Source of the DNA: Octopus sinensis
Lineage: Eukaryota
Direction: 5' to 3'
NCBI RefSeq assembly: GCF_006345805.1
Contig: NC_043014.1
Coordinates: 41,044,001 to 41,108,000 of the forward strand
Length of the DNA stretch: 64,000 nucleotides
Part shown: one piece after another, positions 12,322 through 24,799 of the stretch
Layout: every line of letters starts with the position of its first letter
Position numbering within the stretch: the stretch's first letter is position 1
Position numbers and translations under genes: made by a program
The notes under the pieces: model-generated
The model's database searches: none
Seen by the model: the letters and a program-made list of their open reading frames with translations, nothing else
Told to the model about the DNA's origin: nothing

Positions 12322-12451
12322 TATTGTTATATTTCGGAATGGTCATATTGCCAGTTTAGCCAATAAAAACACACGCACTATATATTTGGTGTTATTTATT
12401 TTTTACGTTAATCTTAATCTTATTTCGGTCAGAAATAACATTCCGAAATAT

Positions 12452-12458
<7 letters not shown>
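12322..12458. mobile_element. Short foldback element abutting (TA)n
   Basis: 20-bp perfect TIR TATTGTTATATTTCGGAATG / CATTCCGAAATATAACAATA. The same terminus recurs at ~21548-21583. Confidence 0.75.
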
Positions 12459-12532
<74 letters not shown>

Positions 12533-12542
12533 ATATATATAA

Positions 12543-12690
12543 TTTTGAATTGATAATAGGTGTTTTTTTTTCTCATTTTTTTAATATATTATATTGTGTG
12601 AAATTTGATTTAGTATTTCTAAATTGAATTTTTTTCCTTGTAAGTTTGGATTTTATTCCCTCAAATAATAATAAATAAATAATATATATA
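12543..12690. repeat. Terminal arm of the foldback family seen at 57665-58050
   Basis: Reverse complement of ~57665-57802 (TTTGAGGGAAT...AAATCCAAACTTACA.GGAAAAAAATTCAATTTAGAAATACTAAATC); bounded by (TA)n. Confidence 0.75.
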
Positions 12691-12697
12691 TTATATT

Positions 12698-13066
12698 ATC
12701 TTTTACTTGTTTCAGTCATTAGACGGAGGCCAAGCTGGGGCACAGCTTTGAAGGATCTTTAGACGAATGAATCGATCCCAGTACTTATTTTAAAAACCTC
12801 GTACTCACTCTATCGGATTCTTTTGTCGAACAGTTAAGTTATGGGGGACGTAAACACACCAACACCGGTTGTCAAGCGGTGGATGGAGACAAACATAAAT
12901 ACAAACACACACACATACAGTTTCTGTGCACCAAATGTATTCACAAGGCTCTGGTCGACCCGAGGTTACAAACGAAGACACGTGCCCAAGGTGCCATGCA
13001 GTGGGACTGCACCCGGAACCATGTGATTGGAAAGGAAGATTGTTACCACACTGCCACGCCTGCGCC
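12698..13066 (-). mobile_element. SINE family A (older copy)
   Basis: Degenerate head, core and tail on the minus strand. Confidence 0.85.
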
Positions 13067-13674
13067 TATAAAAATCGGATAGCAAGCCGCCAGAGATGAT
13101 CGAACTCGTACCTCACAAACTCCAGTTCAGCGCCCCATAACATTAAGCTAAGCAGCCTATGGCATATAAATTTTTCATTCCTTTGGGGTTTTTTTTCAGA
13201 TAATATTGCATATTTTTGTAAATATGGTATTGTTATTTTTACTTAATATTTTGCTTTTAATCTATAATTAAATTGTTTAGAACTACCGGCTAACATGTGT
13301 CCCATCGATTTGCTGTCATCAACGTTAAATATGAAAGGATCACCGAGAATGTAAATAGTTTCATTATCAAATAGCTCCGGTTTTTTAAAAATATCTTCAT
13401 TATTAAATGTCAGGATTAAATTGAAAAATAATCAATAAAGATAATACAAATACAAAATTCATGGAGTGGATACCAAACGGAAATATGGGTTAAAATATTG
13501 TCAAAAAACCATTACCAGCAACTCAATTAAATAACACATCATATGATCTCAATACTAACCTGTCTTTGAGAAAATGTCACATATTACTGAAGTTGTTGGT
13601 GTGTCGTCTTATTTCATATATATTCATAGTTGTCAGTGTGTAACATACATACATGCATTACACATACACACAGT

Positions 13675-13732
<58 letters not shown>

Positions 13733-13741
<9 letters not shown>

Positions 13742-13881
13742 CAGTGGACATTTAAACACATTAAGAGGTTTCCTTCATAGGAAACCTAATTAGTGGTTTG
13801 GACTTTATCTGTTCTTTCTAGCGTAAAGGATTCATATGATGGAAACCTCTTAATGTGTTTAAATGTCCACTGTATTTTATA
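13733..13881. mobile_element. Foldback/MITE with ~41-bp TIRs next to (TA)n
   Basis: TATAAAATACAGTGGACATTTAAACACATTAAGAGGTTTCC ... GGAAACCTCTTAATGTGTTTAAATGTCCACTGTATTTTATA. Confidence 0.8.
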
Positions 13882-13969
13882 TGAATAATATATAGTCTAT
13901 TGACTAATTTTTCTATATGCTAGGCCACTGGTAGTAAAAATTTCTAAAATCTTTATTACCCTGGTATTA

Positions 13970-14032
<63 letters not shown>

Positions 14033-14254
14033 GTTTTATTCAGTTTTATTATATATTCAGTTTTATTCAGTTTTATTTGAAAATTTCTTGCCAATAGAGA
14101 AAGAGCCGTTTTCTAACCTATATCCAACTCTCATTCATTGACATTTTCAAATATCAACGGTATTTTTTCATGTATGTGTGTTTATGTGCAGTATTTGGAG
14201 TCAGTACATGTATAGACTTATACATGTTGATATATGTATGTTGATAGATGCAGG

Positions 14255-14681
14255 CGAAATACCTATTTCTTTACTACCCACAAGGGGCTAAACACAGAGG
14301 GGACGAACAAGGATAGACAAACGGATTAAGTCAATTATATCGACCCCAGTGCGTAACTGGTCCTTATTTAATCGACCCCGAAAGGGTGAAAGGCAAAGTC
14401 GACCTCGGCGGAATTTGAACTCAGAACGTAGCGGCAGACGAAATAACCTATTTCTTTACTATCCAGAAGGGGCTAATCACAGAGAGGATAAACAAGGACA
14501 GCCAAACGGATTAAATCGATTATATCGACCCCAGTGCGTAACTGGTACTTAATTTATCGACCCCGAAAGGATAAAAGGCAAAGTCGACCTCGGCGGAATT
14601 TGAACTCAGAGCGTAACGGCAGACGAAATACGGCTAAGGATTTCGTCCGGCGTGCTAACGATTCTGCCGGCTCGCCGCCCT
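14255..14681 (-). mobile_element. SINE family B dimer
   Basis: One head at ~14681 and two bodies joined at AAAGAAATA|GGTT/ATTTCGTCTG. Confidence 0.9.
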
Positions 14682-14693
14682 GAAAGGGAATTA

Positions 14694-15206
14694 TCTTTGT
14701 ATGTAAAACTGTAGTTGTGTGAGTGTCTGTCCCCTTCGATTTAGATTCCTAACTACTCCCACATTTTGCGGTGCAGTTTAACCAAAACCGGGTATCTTAT
14801 AGTCGTGATTCATATCGAGCCCTTCTGGGTATTAGCGCCCGTCTACGATGAGTCTACGATTTTAAAAATAATTTAACATCATTTTTTATTCCATTTTAAT
14901 GCATAATTTTTCGTGTGTCGATGGCGGCGGAGTTGGCGTCCATGGTCACACCTGCACCTGTTTGCTTCTCCCCCTTCTTCCCTCCCTCGCGAAGCTGTGG
15001 GGAAGGGAGTGTAAGGAAATCAACGTCGTAAAGCGTTGTCAAGGAGACCAGCGTTCTTTTAGAACAACGACTTCATGGCTTGAAGACACCAAAACAGAAA
15101 TGGCTAAGAAAGCCCGAATTGGCATCTATAAGGGAAGTAACTCTCTAAGAATGCTTATATAGTTATTTCCCTTACAAACCCGAGCAACGCCGGGCGATAC
15201 TGCTAG
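14694..15206 (+). mobile_element. Non-autonomous Helitron (interior type 2)
   Basis: A|TC start, 3' hairpin CCCGAGCAACGCCGGG and CTAG|T. Near-identical to 39131-39804. Confidence 0.88.
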
Positions 15207-15981
15207 TATTGAATAAAATTATTATTAACTGATCCTCTAGTGTTTTGTTTTACTCAAAGGCTGGAACTTTTCAGCAGCGCCTCGTATATATGTTATAGTG
15301 AAACACTTTTCGCGGAATGTACGCTGTTTTCATATTTATGAATTACATATGCCAACTCTATTTTCGATGTCAAAGATTTTTTGCGTGATTTTAAAGAAAG
15401 TTTGGGCGATAAATCTAAATCTAGCATAAGTTCTGCTAGATTGCATTTGTTTTTGACATAATCGAAACTTCTTTTTTGAGAATTTGCTACGTTTAGTCTT
15501 TGAAAACGTATTATTTTTATGATATACCATAATTATTTAATTGTTTTTTTAGGTCGTTTAATGTTTTGATATTATATGCTGGAATTAAAATACTACATTT
15601 TAGTTTAAAACATCAGAATATATTGACACAAAAGGCAAAAAACAAGCAGACGATGTGATGTACCACATTATAACTCTAAAAAATAGGAAAAACACACACA
15701 AAATATTTGATCTTAAGCAATAATAGCGTCTAATACAATAGAATAAGTTTGGCTAGTTAAGTATATTAAAATATATTAAACAGTCCTTAAAAAAACCCTG
15801 CAAAAATCTTGTATGATTTTCTTTGTGTGGTTTTGCTGAGATTAAGTTTAATCGTCTCAAATCATGTTGTCGCTGCATCCAGACCCTGTTGAATTAAATC
15901 ATTTATAAGCTTTAGTGGATATCTCACTTAACTGCAGATGATTCTACGATGTAGACTCGGTCACTCGGAATTTCTACTCAC

Positions 15982-16146
15982 ATCAAACACTCGAGTTTTG
16001 TGTTAAACTATAGTTACTATTTTGTGAAGCAATTATTTGGATATGTTTCAAACCTTTATATACATGAAAACAATTGGGATTCTCACGGCACACTAAAATT
16101 ACCCATTTTAGCCGTATCCAAAAAAAAACAGAAACAAATGGCCGCC
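15982..16146 (-). promoter_or_regulatory. Candidate TATA promoter with short non-coding first exon
   Basis: Minus strand: TATATAAAG at 16062-16054, Inr-like TTCAC about 30 nt downstream, donor GAT|GTGAGT after 15982. YY1-like AAATGGCCGCC at ~16136-16146. Motif-based only. Confidence 0.25.
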
Positions 16147-17229
16147 CGTCTTATTTGAATACTTTCTAACAGTTTATAATTCAGTCCTTGTTTTCACTAC
16201 TGTTATTATTACCAACAACCACTTTCTCCCGTATTCCACTCTTTACTGTTTATATTTCAATCTCTCTTCCCTCTCTCTCTCTCTCTCTCTTTCTTTCTCT
16301 CTTTCTCTCTCTCTCTCTCTTTCTTTCTCTCTTTCTTTCTCTCTTTCTCTCTCTTTCTCTTTTCCTCTTTCTCTCCCCTCCACTGCACCTCTCACATCTC
16401 CTTTAGTCTATTATTCCTCTCTACGATAACTATCGCTGCCTTTGGATAGTAAGAAGCAAGGAAATTGATCAGCATTAATCAAGCTCAAATTCCTTACATT
16501 TGTAAGAAAAAGGAAATGGAAAGCTGAGACATTTTATGCCTTTCTCAAGAGCATTGGTAGCTTAAGTGAAGTGACTTTTCCTCAATACCAAATCGAAGTG
16601 TGGTTGCAGCCCAAGTCGTCAATTATTACAAATATTGGTTTCTATTGACTAAACGCACGACCAAATTTACCAAGCGGAGAGCTAGAGACAATTAACTTGA
16701 TCCTGGAGTATAATTGGTAAATATTTTATCAATCCTCAGCAGTATTTGAATTTAGAACTATACATGTAACTGGATACTTTATTGCTTCAAACACGATTCT
16801 CTCTTATCTCTCAATCTCCACTCGCTAATCTTGTTGTTTTAGCCCGTCTTATCCGCAACTATTGCTACTAAAGATGAGATTATTATCTTTACCGTTGGAG
16901 ATATTTATTTAAAAGGTATGAACATCATTGATTCCAGTGTCTTCTATAAATCTGATGCCTTGCAACACAAACCATAACAGTATCGATGCAAGAAATGATT
17001 ATTTTTTATTGTTTTTGTATTAGAAACTCGAAACTAATCAAACAAGATGTTGGTGGTTGTGTAGTTAAAAGACTTCGCTCGCAAGGATGTGGTTCCGCGT
17101 TCGACTTCATTGCTTGACAGTTTTGAAAATTTCCTTTAACGACATACTCATATCGAACCAAGTCTTGTGAGTGGAATTCAGATTGACTGTGTCTGTCCTT
17201 ATTGGGAAGATAATCCTTCGTTCGATATC

Positions 17230-17445
17230 CGAGAGGGTGCTTAAAAGTTCTTGGTTCTGGATAAAAGAAAATACCAGAGGATCAGTTAATTACGATTTCA
17301 TGCAACATATCTCCTTCTCAGATTCACGCACTTATTGTAGTGGTCCCTCAGTTTTTCGAAGTCCTGTAAAAGAACTCAGTAGATTTGGGCTCCAGCCAGG
17401 CTTTCCGCAATGCCCTTAAAGCCAGGAACTTTTTAGCACCACTCG
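17230..17445. mobile_element. Mariner-derived MITE
   Basis: Imperfect TIRs CGAGAGGGTGCTTAAAAGTTCTTGG / CCAGGAACTTTTTAGCACCACTCG, resembling the mariner TIR at 2312. Confidence 0.75.
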
Positions 17446-18276
17446 CATGACCACCATCAATTGATAATCCTGGGTGCTTCTATTAGAGTCTATTATATTA
17501 AAAACCACTCGGGTCAGGTCTCAATATCCTTATGCAGATGCCAACTGGTCGAGGTTTTTTACCTTTCCTTCCACTTGCTCCTTAGATCCTGTAGGGGTTA
17601 TAGGCGCCTCCCATCTCCACACAATCAAACGAGCTAACAATTGTACCCTATCGCCAAAATGGCCATTATTTAACGCCTTATTATTGTTGGGAAACTCTTT
17701 TCGTTCGTGGTGCGTTCGTGTGCCATAAGTTACATCTTAAAAACCCTGTTAACTGGAATGTCACTTACATGCACACATGTATTTTAGTTTTAGGTAAATG
17801 CCAAAGATTATGTTTTTACGACATGAAATTTGCTGGAAATTTATTAAAGATCTTCAACGGGTCACTTAAACCTCTTCGTTCGTCACAGCTGACAATCGTG
17901 TCACAGATTCATCATCACTGTTTATTTACTGTTTTACGAAAGGAAGGGGATATTGAACACTATATCTCCCGATAATGTCACCGAATGAAAGACAATATTA
18001 ACACAGTTGGAATGTGTTTCATTATATGCTTTCTGACTATAATAACCACATCCAAGAATAATAACTATTGATATAAATTCAAGGCCACACAAGGAGGGTT
18101 TAGTCAGGTTAACCGACCCCAATACATGACTGGTATTTTATTTTATCGAATTCAAGTGATTGAATAGTATGGATGACAGCAGTGGAATGTGAACTTGGAA
18201 CATAATAGATCGTGAGAAATCCTGCAAGGTGCTTTATCTGAACCTCTAAAAATTTCGCAGATCCACAGCTTTAACC

Positions 18277-18352
<76 letters not shown>

Positions 18353-18632
18353 TTAATAATAATAATAATATATTTCTTTACTACCCACAAGGGGCTAAAC
18401 ACAGAGGGGACAAACAAGGACAGACAAAAGGATAAAGTCGATTATATCGACCCCGAAAGGATGAAAGGCAAAGTCGGACACGGCCACGTCCGCACCTATG
18501 ATAATAATTCAGCAAATGTTACAGTTTATGCTGCTGATGCCACTGATAGAGGATGCGGCAGAAAAACCACGCACTTTTGTTGTTTCGAAGTATATTAGCG
18601 AGTTAAGTTAGGCAGTGGTGTCCTCATACAGG

Positions 18633-19458
18633 AAGGCGGCGAGCTGGCAGAATCGTTATCACGCCGGGCGAAATGCTTAGCGGTATTTCGTCTGCCGCTA
18701 CGTTCTGAGTTCAAATTCCGCCGAGGTCGACTTTGCCTTTCATCCTTTCGGGGTCGATTAAATAAGTACCATTTACACACTGGGGTCGATATAATCGACT
18801 TAATCCGTTTGTCTGTCCTTGTTTGTCCTCTCTGTGTTTAGCCCCTTGTGGGTAGTAAAGAAATAGGTATTCCGTCTGCCGCTACGTTCTTGCGTCAAAT
18901 TCCGCCGAGGTCGACTTAGACTTTCATCCTTTCAGGGTCGATTAAATAAGTACCATTTACGCACTGGGGTCGATATAATCGACTTAATCCGTTTGTCTGT
19001 CCTTGTTTGTCCTCTCTGTGCTTAGCCCCTTGTGGGAAATAAAGAAATACGTATTTCGTCTGTCATTTCAAGGCGGCGAGCTGGCAGAAACGTTAGCACG
19101 CCGGGCGAAATGCTTAGCGGTATTTCGTCTGCCGTTACGTTTTGAGTTTAAATTCCGCCGAGGTCGACTTTGCCTTTCATCCTTTCGGGGTCGATTAAAT
19201 AAGTACCAGTTACGCACTGGGGTCGATATAATCGACTTAATCCGTTTGTCTGTCCTCTCTGTGTTTAGCTCCTTGTGGGTAGTGAATAAATAGGTATTCC
19301 GTCTGTCTTTACGTTCTGCGTTCAAATTCCTCCGAGGTCGACTTTGCCTTTCATCCTTTCGGTGTCGATAAATTATGTACCAGTTGCGTACTGGGATCGA
19401 TGTAATCGATTGCCCCTCCCTCAAAAATTTCGGGCCTTGTGCCTAGAGTAGAAACGAA
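18633..19458 (+). mobile_element. Four-unit nested SINE family B array
   Basis: Heads at 18633 and 19070; units restart at (G)GTATT(T/C)CGTCTG; last unit has the ancestral tail. Outer duplication GTGTCCTCATA at ~18618 and 19461. Confidence 0.92.
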
Positions 19459-20379
19459 ATGTGTCCTCATATACCTAATGTTTTACCATCTTGTTTTAAT
19501 TTGGAACGGTGCACACCGTATGTCTGTTGTTGAAACGTTTGCCAACTTGTAGAATGCCGGAATGCTTTTTCCTATTATTGCTTGCTTTTTTTTTTTTATT
19601 GCACTTTGTATTTTCTGCCGAATAAAGAAATTTACACTCAACAGATTCTCCAGGCAGGCAAGTGGTGCACTTTTGTTTCTTATCGTCTCTCTTAGCTCTG
19701 AGCAGATAAAAAAATTCATGAAATTTGAAATTGCAGAGCTGAATATTTCATAAGGGACAATAACCAATATAAGATATATAGAAACTCTAAAGGAGGGCCA
19801 AATAATGAAATGAAAACAATGATATTTTCTATGAAATAGTAAAGAGGGTGAGAAAATATATTCCATAAAATATCCAAGAGAGTAGAAATACATTCTTCAT
19901 TCGAAGAAAGGAAAATTTCTGGTTATCTTTACCGATTTATCAATATATTTGACAACGTATTTTGCATTTTCAGTTAAACTTCGTTTCCATCGCCATATTT
20001 TCTCATTATCTCACTATGAAAATATTGACTGCTAGGATTTTGAATGTAAAGTGATATTCAATTCTATAAGCGCTATAGCGCTATGGGGATGTTTTCCATT
20101 TCTCTTTTAAATGGATACTTATGATATCTGTTATCACTTCTACATTATAATATGATTCGTCTTATTCGACTCAACAACCTCTTTTAACATTTTTCAGTTT
20201 TATATGAAGAAAGTTCATGTGTTTATTAGGTTTCATTATTTTTCTATCATCGTTTATAATTGGAATCTAATAGAGGCAGCTGTATATTTGTAAACAGATA
20301 TGTGTGTATGTGTGTGTACAATCATTCGTACAAACAAGCGTATACTTATATTAACATTAATATGTATATATATGTGTGT

Positions 20380-20790
<411 letters not shown>

Positions 20791-20879
20791 AATCTATCTA
20801 TATATTATATATATTTGTATATGTATATGTTTATATGTATATATATATTTGTTTATGTCAGGTCGCTCTAGAGTACTAC

Positions 20880-21440
20880 TGGTAACATGTAATCCAGTAC
20901 ATGGTCGGGTCGGCGACTAATCTGACAACCTCTCAGGGAAGGCCACCCTTAAGATTGTCCAGACCTATACTCCCACAAGTGCCAGCGACGATGACGTGGT
21001 GGAAGAATTCTATCGACAGCTAGACAAAGGGCTGGCTGTGAAGTCCACTTACACCGTCGTGATGGGAGACTTCGATGCAAAGGTTGGACATGGACGACAA
21101 GGGGAAGAGTATGTCGGGAGATTCAGCATAGGAGAGAGAACCGAGAGAGGAGAACGTTTGGTTACCATAGCAGAGGCGAGGCGGCTCTACATCGAAAACA
21201 GCCTATTCAGGAAGAAGGAGAAGAAGAGATGGACCTGGGTATCGTCAAGGAAGGCTAAGGGAGTGTGTCTGAGAGAGAAGAAGGGAAGATTCTCGGAGGA
21301 AACTACGAAGTTACTCGAGAAGAGGAAAAATATGAAGAGGACTATCGAAGATCACTTTGAATATTCCCTTCTCAGCAGAGTGATTCGTCAGCAACTGAAG
21401 AGAGACTTTGAGGCATACCGGATGGAGAAGCTCTGTATGA
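20880..21440 (+). mobile_element. RTE-clade LINE remnant (APE endonuclease, internally deleted)
   Basis: VQTYTPTSASDDDVVEEFY...VVMGDFDAKVG...GERTERGERLV...LFRKKEKKRWTWVS, then a jump to the post-endonuclease region. Confidence 0.88.
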
Positions 21441-21578
21441 TTGTTGTTGAGTGCTGTTTGATTATGTGATGGAAAAAAAAAACTATTTAGCAACTCTGTA
21501 TTAGACTAACCAACAAAGAAGTAAATAAATAAACAAATAAATAATAATATTGTTATATTTCGGAATGGTCATTTTGCC

Positions 21579-21812
21579 AGTTTCAATGTATCCATGCCCA
21601 GGGAAGTAAGGCGTTCAGAATATGGCAAATGCCTACGCCAGAAATATCAACCAAATCTCTTTTAAATCACTCGTCAACGTTTGTTTTTAAAAAATGTAAG
21701 TGCATATTGGATAATATGGTGCTATGTATTCTTAAAAAGACGGAATGGTCACAACTGGAATGCACCAGACCATAGATCTACTCCATTAGTATTGTCCTGG
21801 AATTACAAAAAT
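21579..21812. repeat. Local direct duplication of 22475-22710
   Basis: About 230 bp near-identical (AGTTTCAATGTATCCATG...ATTGTCCTGGAATT). The LINE 3' end at ~21875-21930 also duplicates ~22053-22105. Confidence 0.88.
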
Positions 21813-21820
21813 ATAAATGA

Positions 21821-21864
<44 letters not shown>

Positions 21865-22049
21865 ATAATAATAATAATGAAATTATTGTATACAGAGCTC
21901 AGGTGCACCACAACTTGTCAAAAGCTTGTTAGAAAAAAAATTACAGGCTCAAGTACAACTGCCATAATCCATGCTGGATTTAATACATGGGTTGCATCCT
22001 ACAATTATATTTTCTAACTGTTGATCAAATTGCTATCTATGAGTGTTTT

Positions 22050-22530
22050 ATAATAATGAAATTATTGTATACAGTGCTCAGGTGCACCAACACTTGTCAA
22101 AAGTGCGTATAAAGCATATCCCTTAATGTACAAATGTTTGGGAAGTGAACAGTATATGAGTCAGATACATACTTGCGTGTGTATGGAGGGGAGAAAATCA
22201 GGTGTAGTGTTGGCGAATCTCGGGAAGCATGGAAGTTTTGAAGGATGCAGTGCTCCGACAACTAACAACTGATGCCGGCAGTTTGTTCCATACTTCAGCA
22301 ACTCTCAGCGTGAAAAAATGTTTCCGAAAGTCATGGGAGCTGTGCTGTTTTCTGACTTTGTAAACATGTCCACGGGTGTTAGACGGGTGGAGTTTGAAAA
22401 GGTGCTCAGAGTTATTGTTTGTAAGATGGTTAATGATTTTATGGGTGTCTGCCAAGTCAGTTGCCAGACGTGGGAGTTTCAATGTATCCATGTCCAGGGA
22501 AGTAAGGCGTTCAGAATATGGCAAGTGCCT
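22050..22530 (-). mobile_element. 5'-truncated CR1-clade LINE 3' end
   Basis: PYSERLTSLDMDTL...TRGHVYKVRKQ...RKHFFTLRVAEVWNKLPASVV...FK; (ATT)n tail. Confidence 0.88.
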
Positions 22531-24049
22531 ACACCAGAAATATCAACCAAATCTCTTTTAAATCACTCGTCAACGTTTATTTTAAAAAAATGTAAGTGCA
22601 TATTGTATAATATGGTGCTATGTGTTCTTAAGAAGACGGAATGGTCACAACTGGAATGCACCAAACCATAGATCTACTCCATTAGTATTGTCCTGGAATT
22701 AACAAAAATATGTTGTTGACGACCAACCGAAGGAGCACCTACATAGTCACTCGCTTTACTAGAAGTAACGGCTAAATTTCTTTCAAGCTGCACCATGCAA
22801 TTTTAAAATGAAAAGACACTTTGGAAAATATAGTTCTAGAAACAATGTATGAATCCGATGCGCGGCTTATGGCTGAAATCCCTTTGGGATTACTTCGACT
22901 CAATCATTGACTCGGGGTTAAACAAGCATAATATTCTATTTCGTATGGCTTTTGGAAATGAAATATTTTGTATATATACTTACACTTGTGATTACATAAA
23001 ATTCCTTGAAAAATTTTATTTCCTCGGAAAATATATATAAAAAAAAAAACAAGCAAAAACATACTAAAACTTTAAATTTCGAAGTTATTTGTGTAATGGA
23101 AAGGATTTTCACTCTTAGATAAAACTTTTAAGATGATTGGAAAGCGTATAGATATGGACCCAACCCTGAACTTAACACGTTATATATTTAAGAAGAGCAA
23201 GCTTTTACATCAGCACTTAAGAGGAAAAAAAAAGATGAAAGTCTTGTTGAATGCATACACGATCTATTCTCATTTTATCGCCCCCGTACTCGCTTTCTTT
23301 CACTCTTTATTAGCCGCCCCTTTTCTCAAACACACGCTCTCTCCAATCCTTCTTTTCGTATACATACACCTATGAATCACTTCACTTCATCGTTACGTGT
23401 TATTGACTGTATTTCCTATCACAGATTGAAGAAGCTTTTTCTTTTTTTTTTTTTTCTCTCTCTCTCTTCTCTTCATTCCACTACTCACGTATTGAAGCCA
23501 AGGAAACAAAACCAAAACGAACATTTCTCCTCCGTCACTGTTTTAAAGAAGTAAATCCATTTAACGACTGAAATCACGGCATTTCTTAGTCGATGAAGAA
23601 GAAAATAAAAAAAGATGGCTGCAAAGGAAGAGAACCAACGAAATAGAGACATCTATTTGTTGTTTTGTGTAAGAAGCAAGCCGTGCAATATTCAGCTTGT
23701 CAATTTCTTTTATTCTATTTAAAACATACAATCACACAATTTCGAACAGTTACTTGTCTGATATTAAAAACAAAAGCTTAGGATATAGAAGTCGAAATGG
23801 ATTTCATTATTCATGACAAAATACGTCAATAATCATTTTTATCAAACGTTACTTTTGTATAGAACGAAATTTTCTTCAGATTCGGTACTCAAAATCCTAA
23901 ATGTTCGTAGCATGTTAACAGACTCCTTAAATATTATATTTTGAACCTAATTAACATTTAAACATACGCATAAATATGAATTAACTCGGGAAACCTGTTT
24001 CGGAAAGTAAGCTCGTATATCGACTTCATTTCAAGGACAATGTCTTTAC

Positions 24050-24168
24050 CTCGGCCTCCATACACATAACAAGCATAGTCGATTGTATTGGCCCCAGAAT
24101 GAGAATAGTAAGAATTCATCGAAGGGTCGGGAAATTCAAACAAGAGCAGCCCCTTACAGGATTTGAAC
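24050..24168 (-). CDS. Candidate exon B of an unidentified minus-strand gene
   Basis: Acceptor TTCCCATCTTCGATCTTCTAG| in phase 2, donor GAG|GTAAAG in phase 1. Encodes FKSCKGLLLFEFPDPSMNSYYSHSGANTIDYACYVYGGR. The frame also stays open to a stop at 23958. Confidence 0.6.
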
Positions 24169-24609
24169 CTAGAAGATCGAAGATGGGAAAAAATCTATCC
24201 CGTCTTGTTCTTTTTCATCCACCCTACCACTAAAAATATGATTCATTCTCAAAAGAAGAGCGAGCTCAAACCATTTGTGTAACATATAAGCATCACAATG
24301 AGAACCGTCAGATCCAAGAATTCTATATTACTCGAATTATTCTACAGTGATGATTCTTAAGAGTAAAAATCTTCACCGAGAATCTGTTCATTGAACTAAC
24401 CAATATTGTCTATGAAATGCCTGCAGGACTTTTTCTATCAATCTATTATATTTCCTTACAAAATCGCAGTTGAAATTGTGTACAGAATGTGTGTTATTAC
24501 GAAGATTGCTCGTGAATTTCATATTACACAGCAATCATTTGCTATCTATTGTTATTTCATCTGCGCTCTCTTCTCTACTAAATCCATTTGTTATTCTAAA
24601 TGCTATCAC

Positions 24610-24799
24610 CGTAGGCTACATCTGTAACTGTTGTTGAAGTTGTTGTTCTCACACATATGCATTCCTGTAATAAAACTTGCTTTTATTATAATGTTATCAC
24701 CATAAACTGATATACCGATTGAGTAGCTGTCGCCAAGATCAAAATGTTTCCAAAGATTGTTTGTTTTGCCATATTGGAAGTCGTTGGTCGATATTTCCA
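24610..24799 (-). CDS. Candidate exon A of the same gene
   Basis: Acceptor TTTCTGTTATTAGCAG| in phase 1; 62 open codons (EISTNDFQYG...NNSYRCSL); donor CG|GTGATA in phase 2, matching exon B across a 441-nt intron. Confidence 0.6.

Noticed and set aside
13080-13170. tRNA-like sequence on the minus strand (TAGCTTAATGTT...GAGTTCGATC)
   Set aside because: Acceptor and anticodon stems do not pair properly; more likely a decayed SINE head than a tRNA gene.
14899-15162. Helitron-internal ORFs (also 39349-39558)
   Set aside because: The frames differ between the two copies by an indel, so there is no evidence of coding constraint.
18633-19458. Regularly spaced ~180-220-bp direct repeats superficially like a CRISPR or satellite array
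   Set aside because: No unique spacers, units are SINE bodies with a B-box, no cas genes, eukaryotic context.
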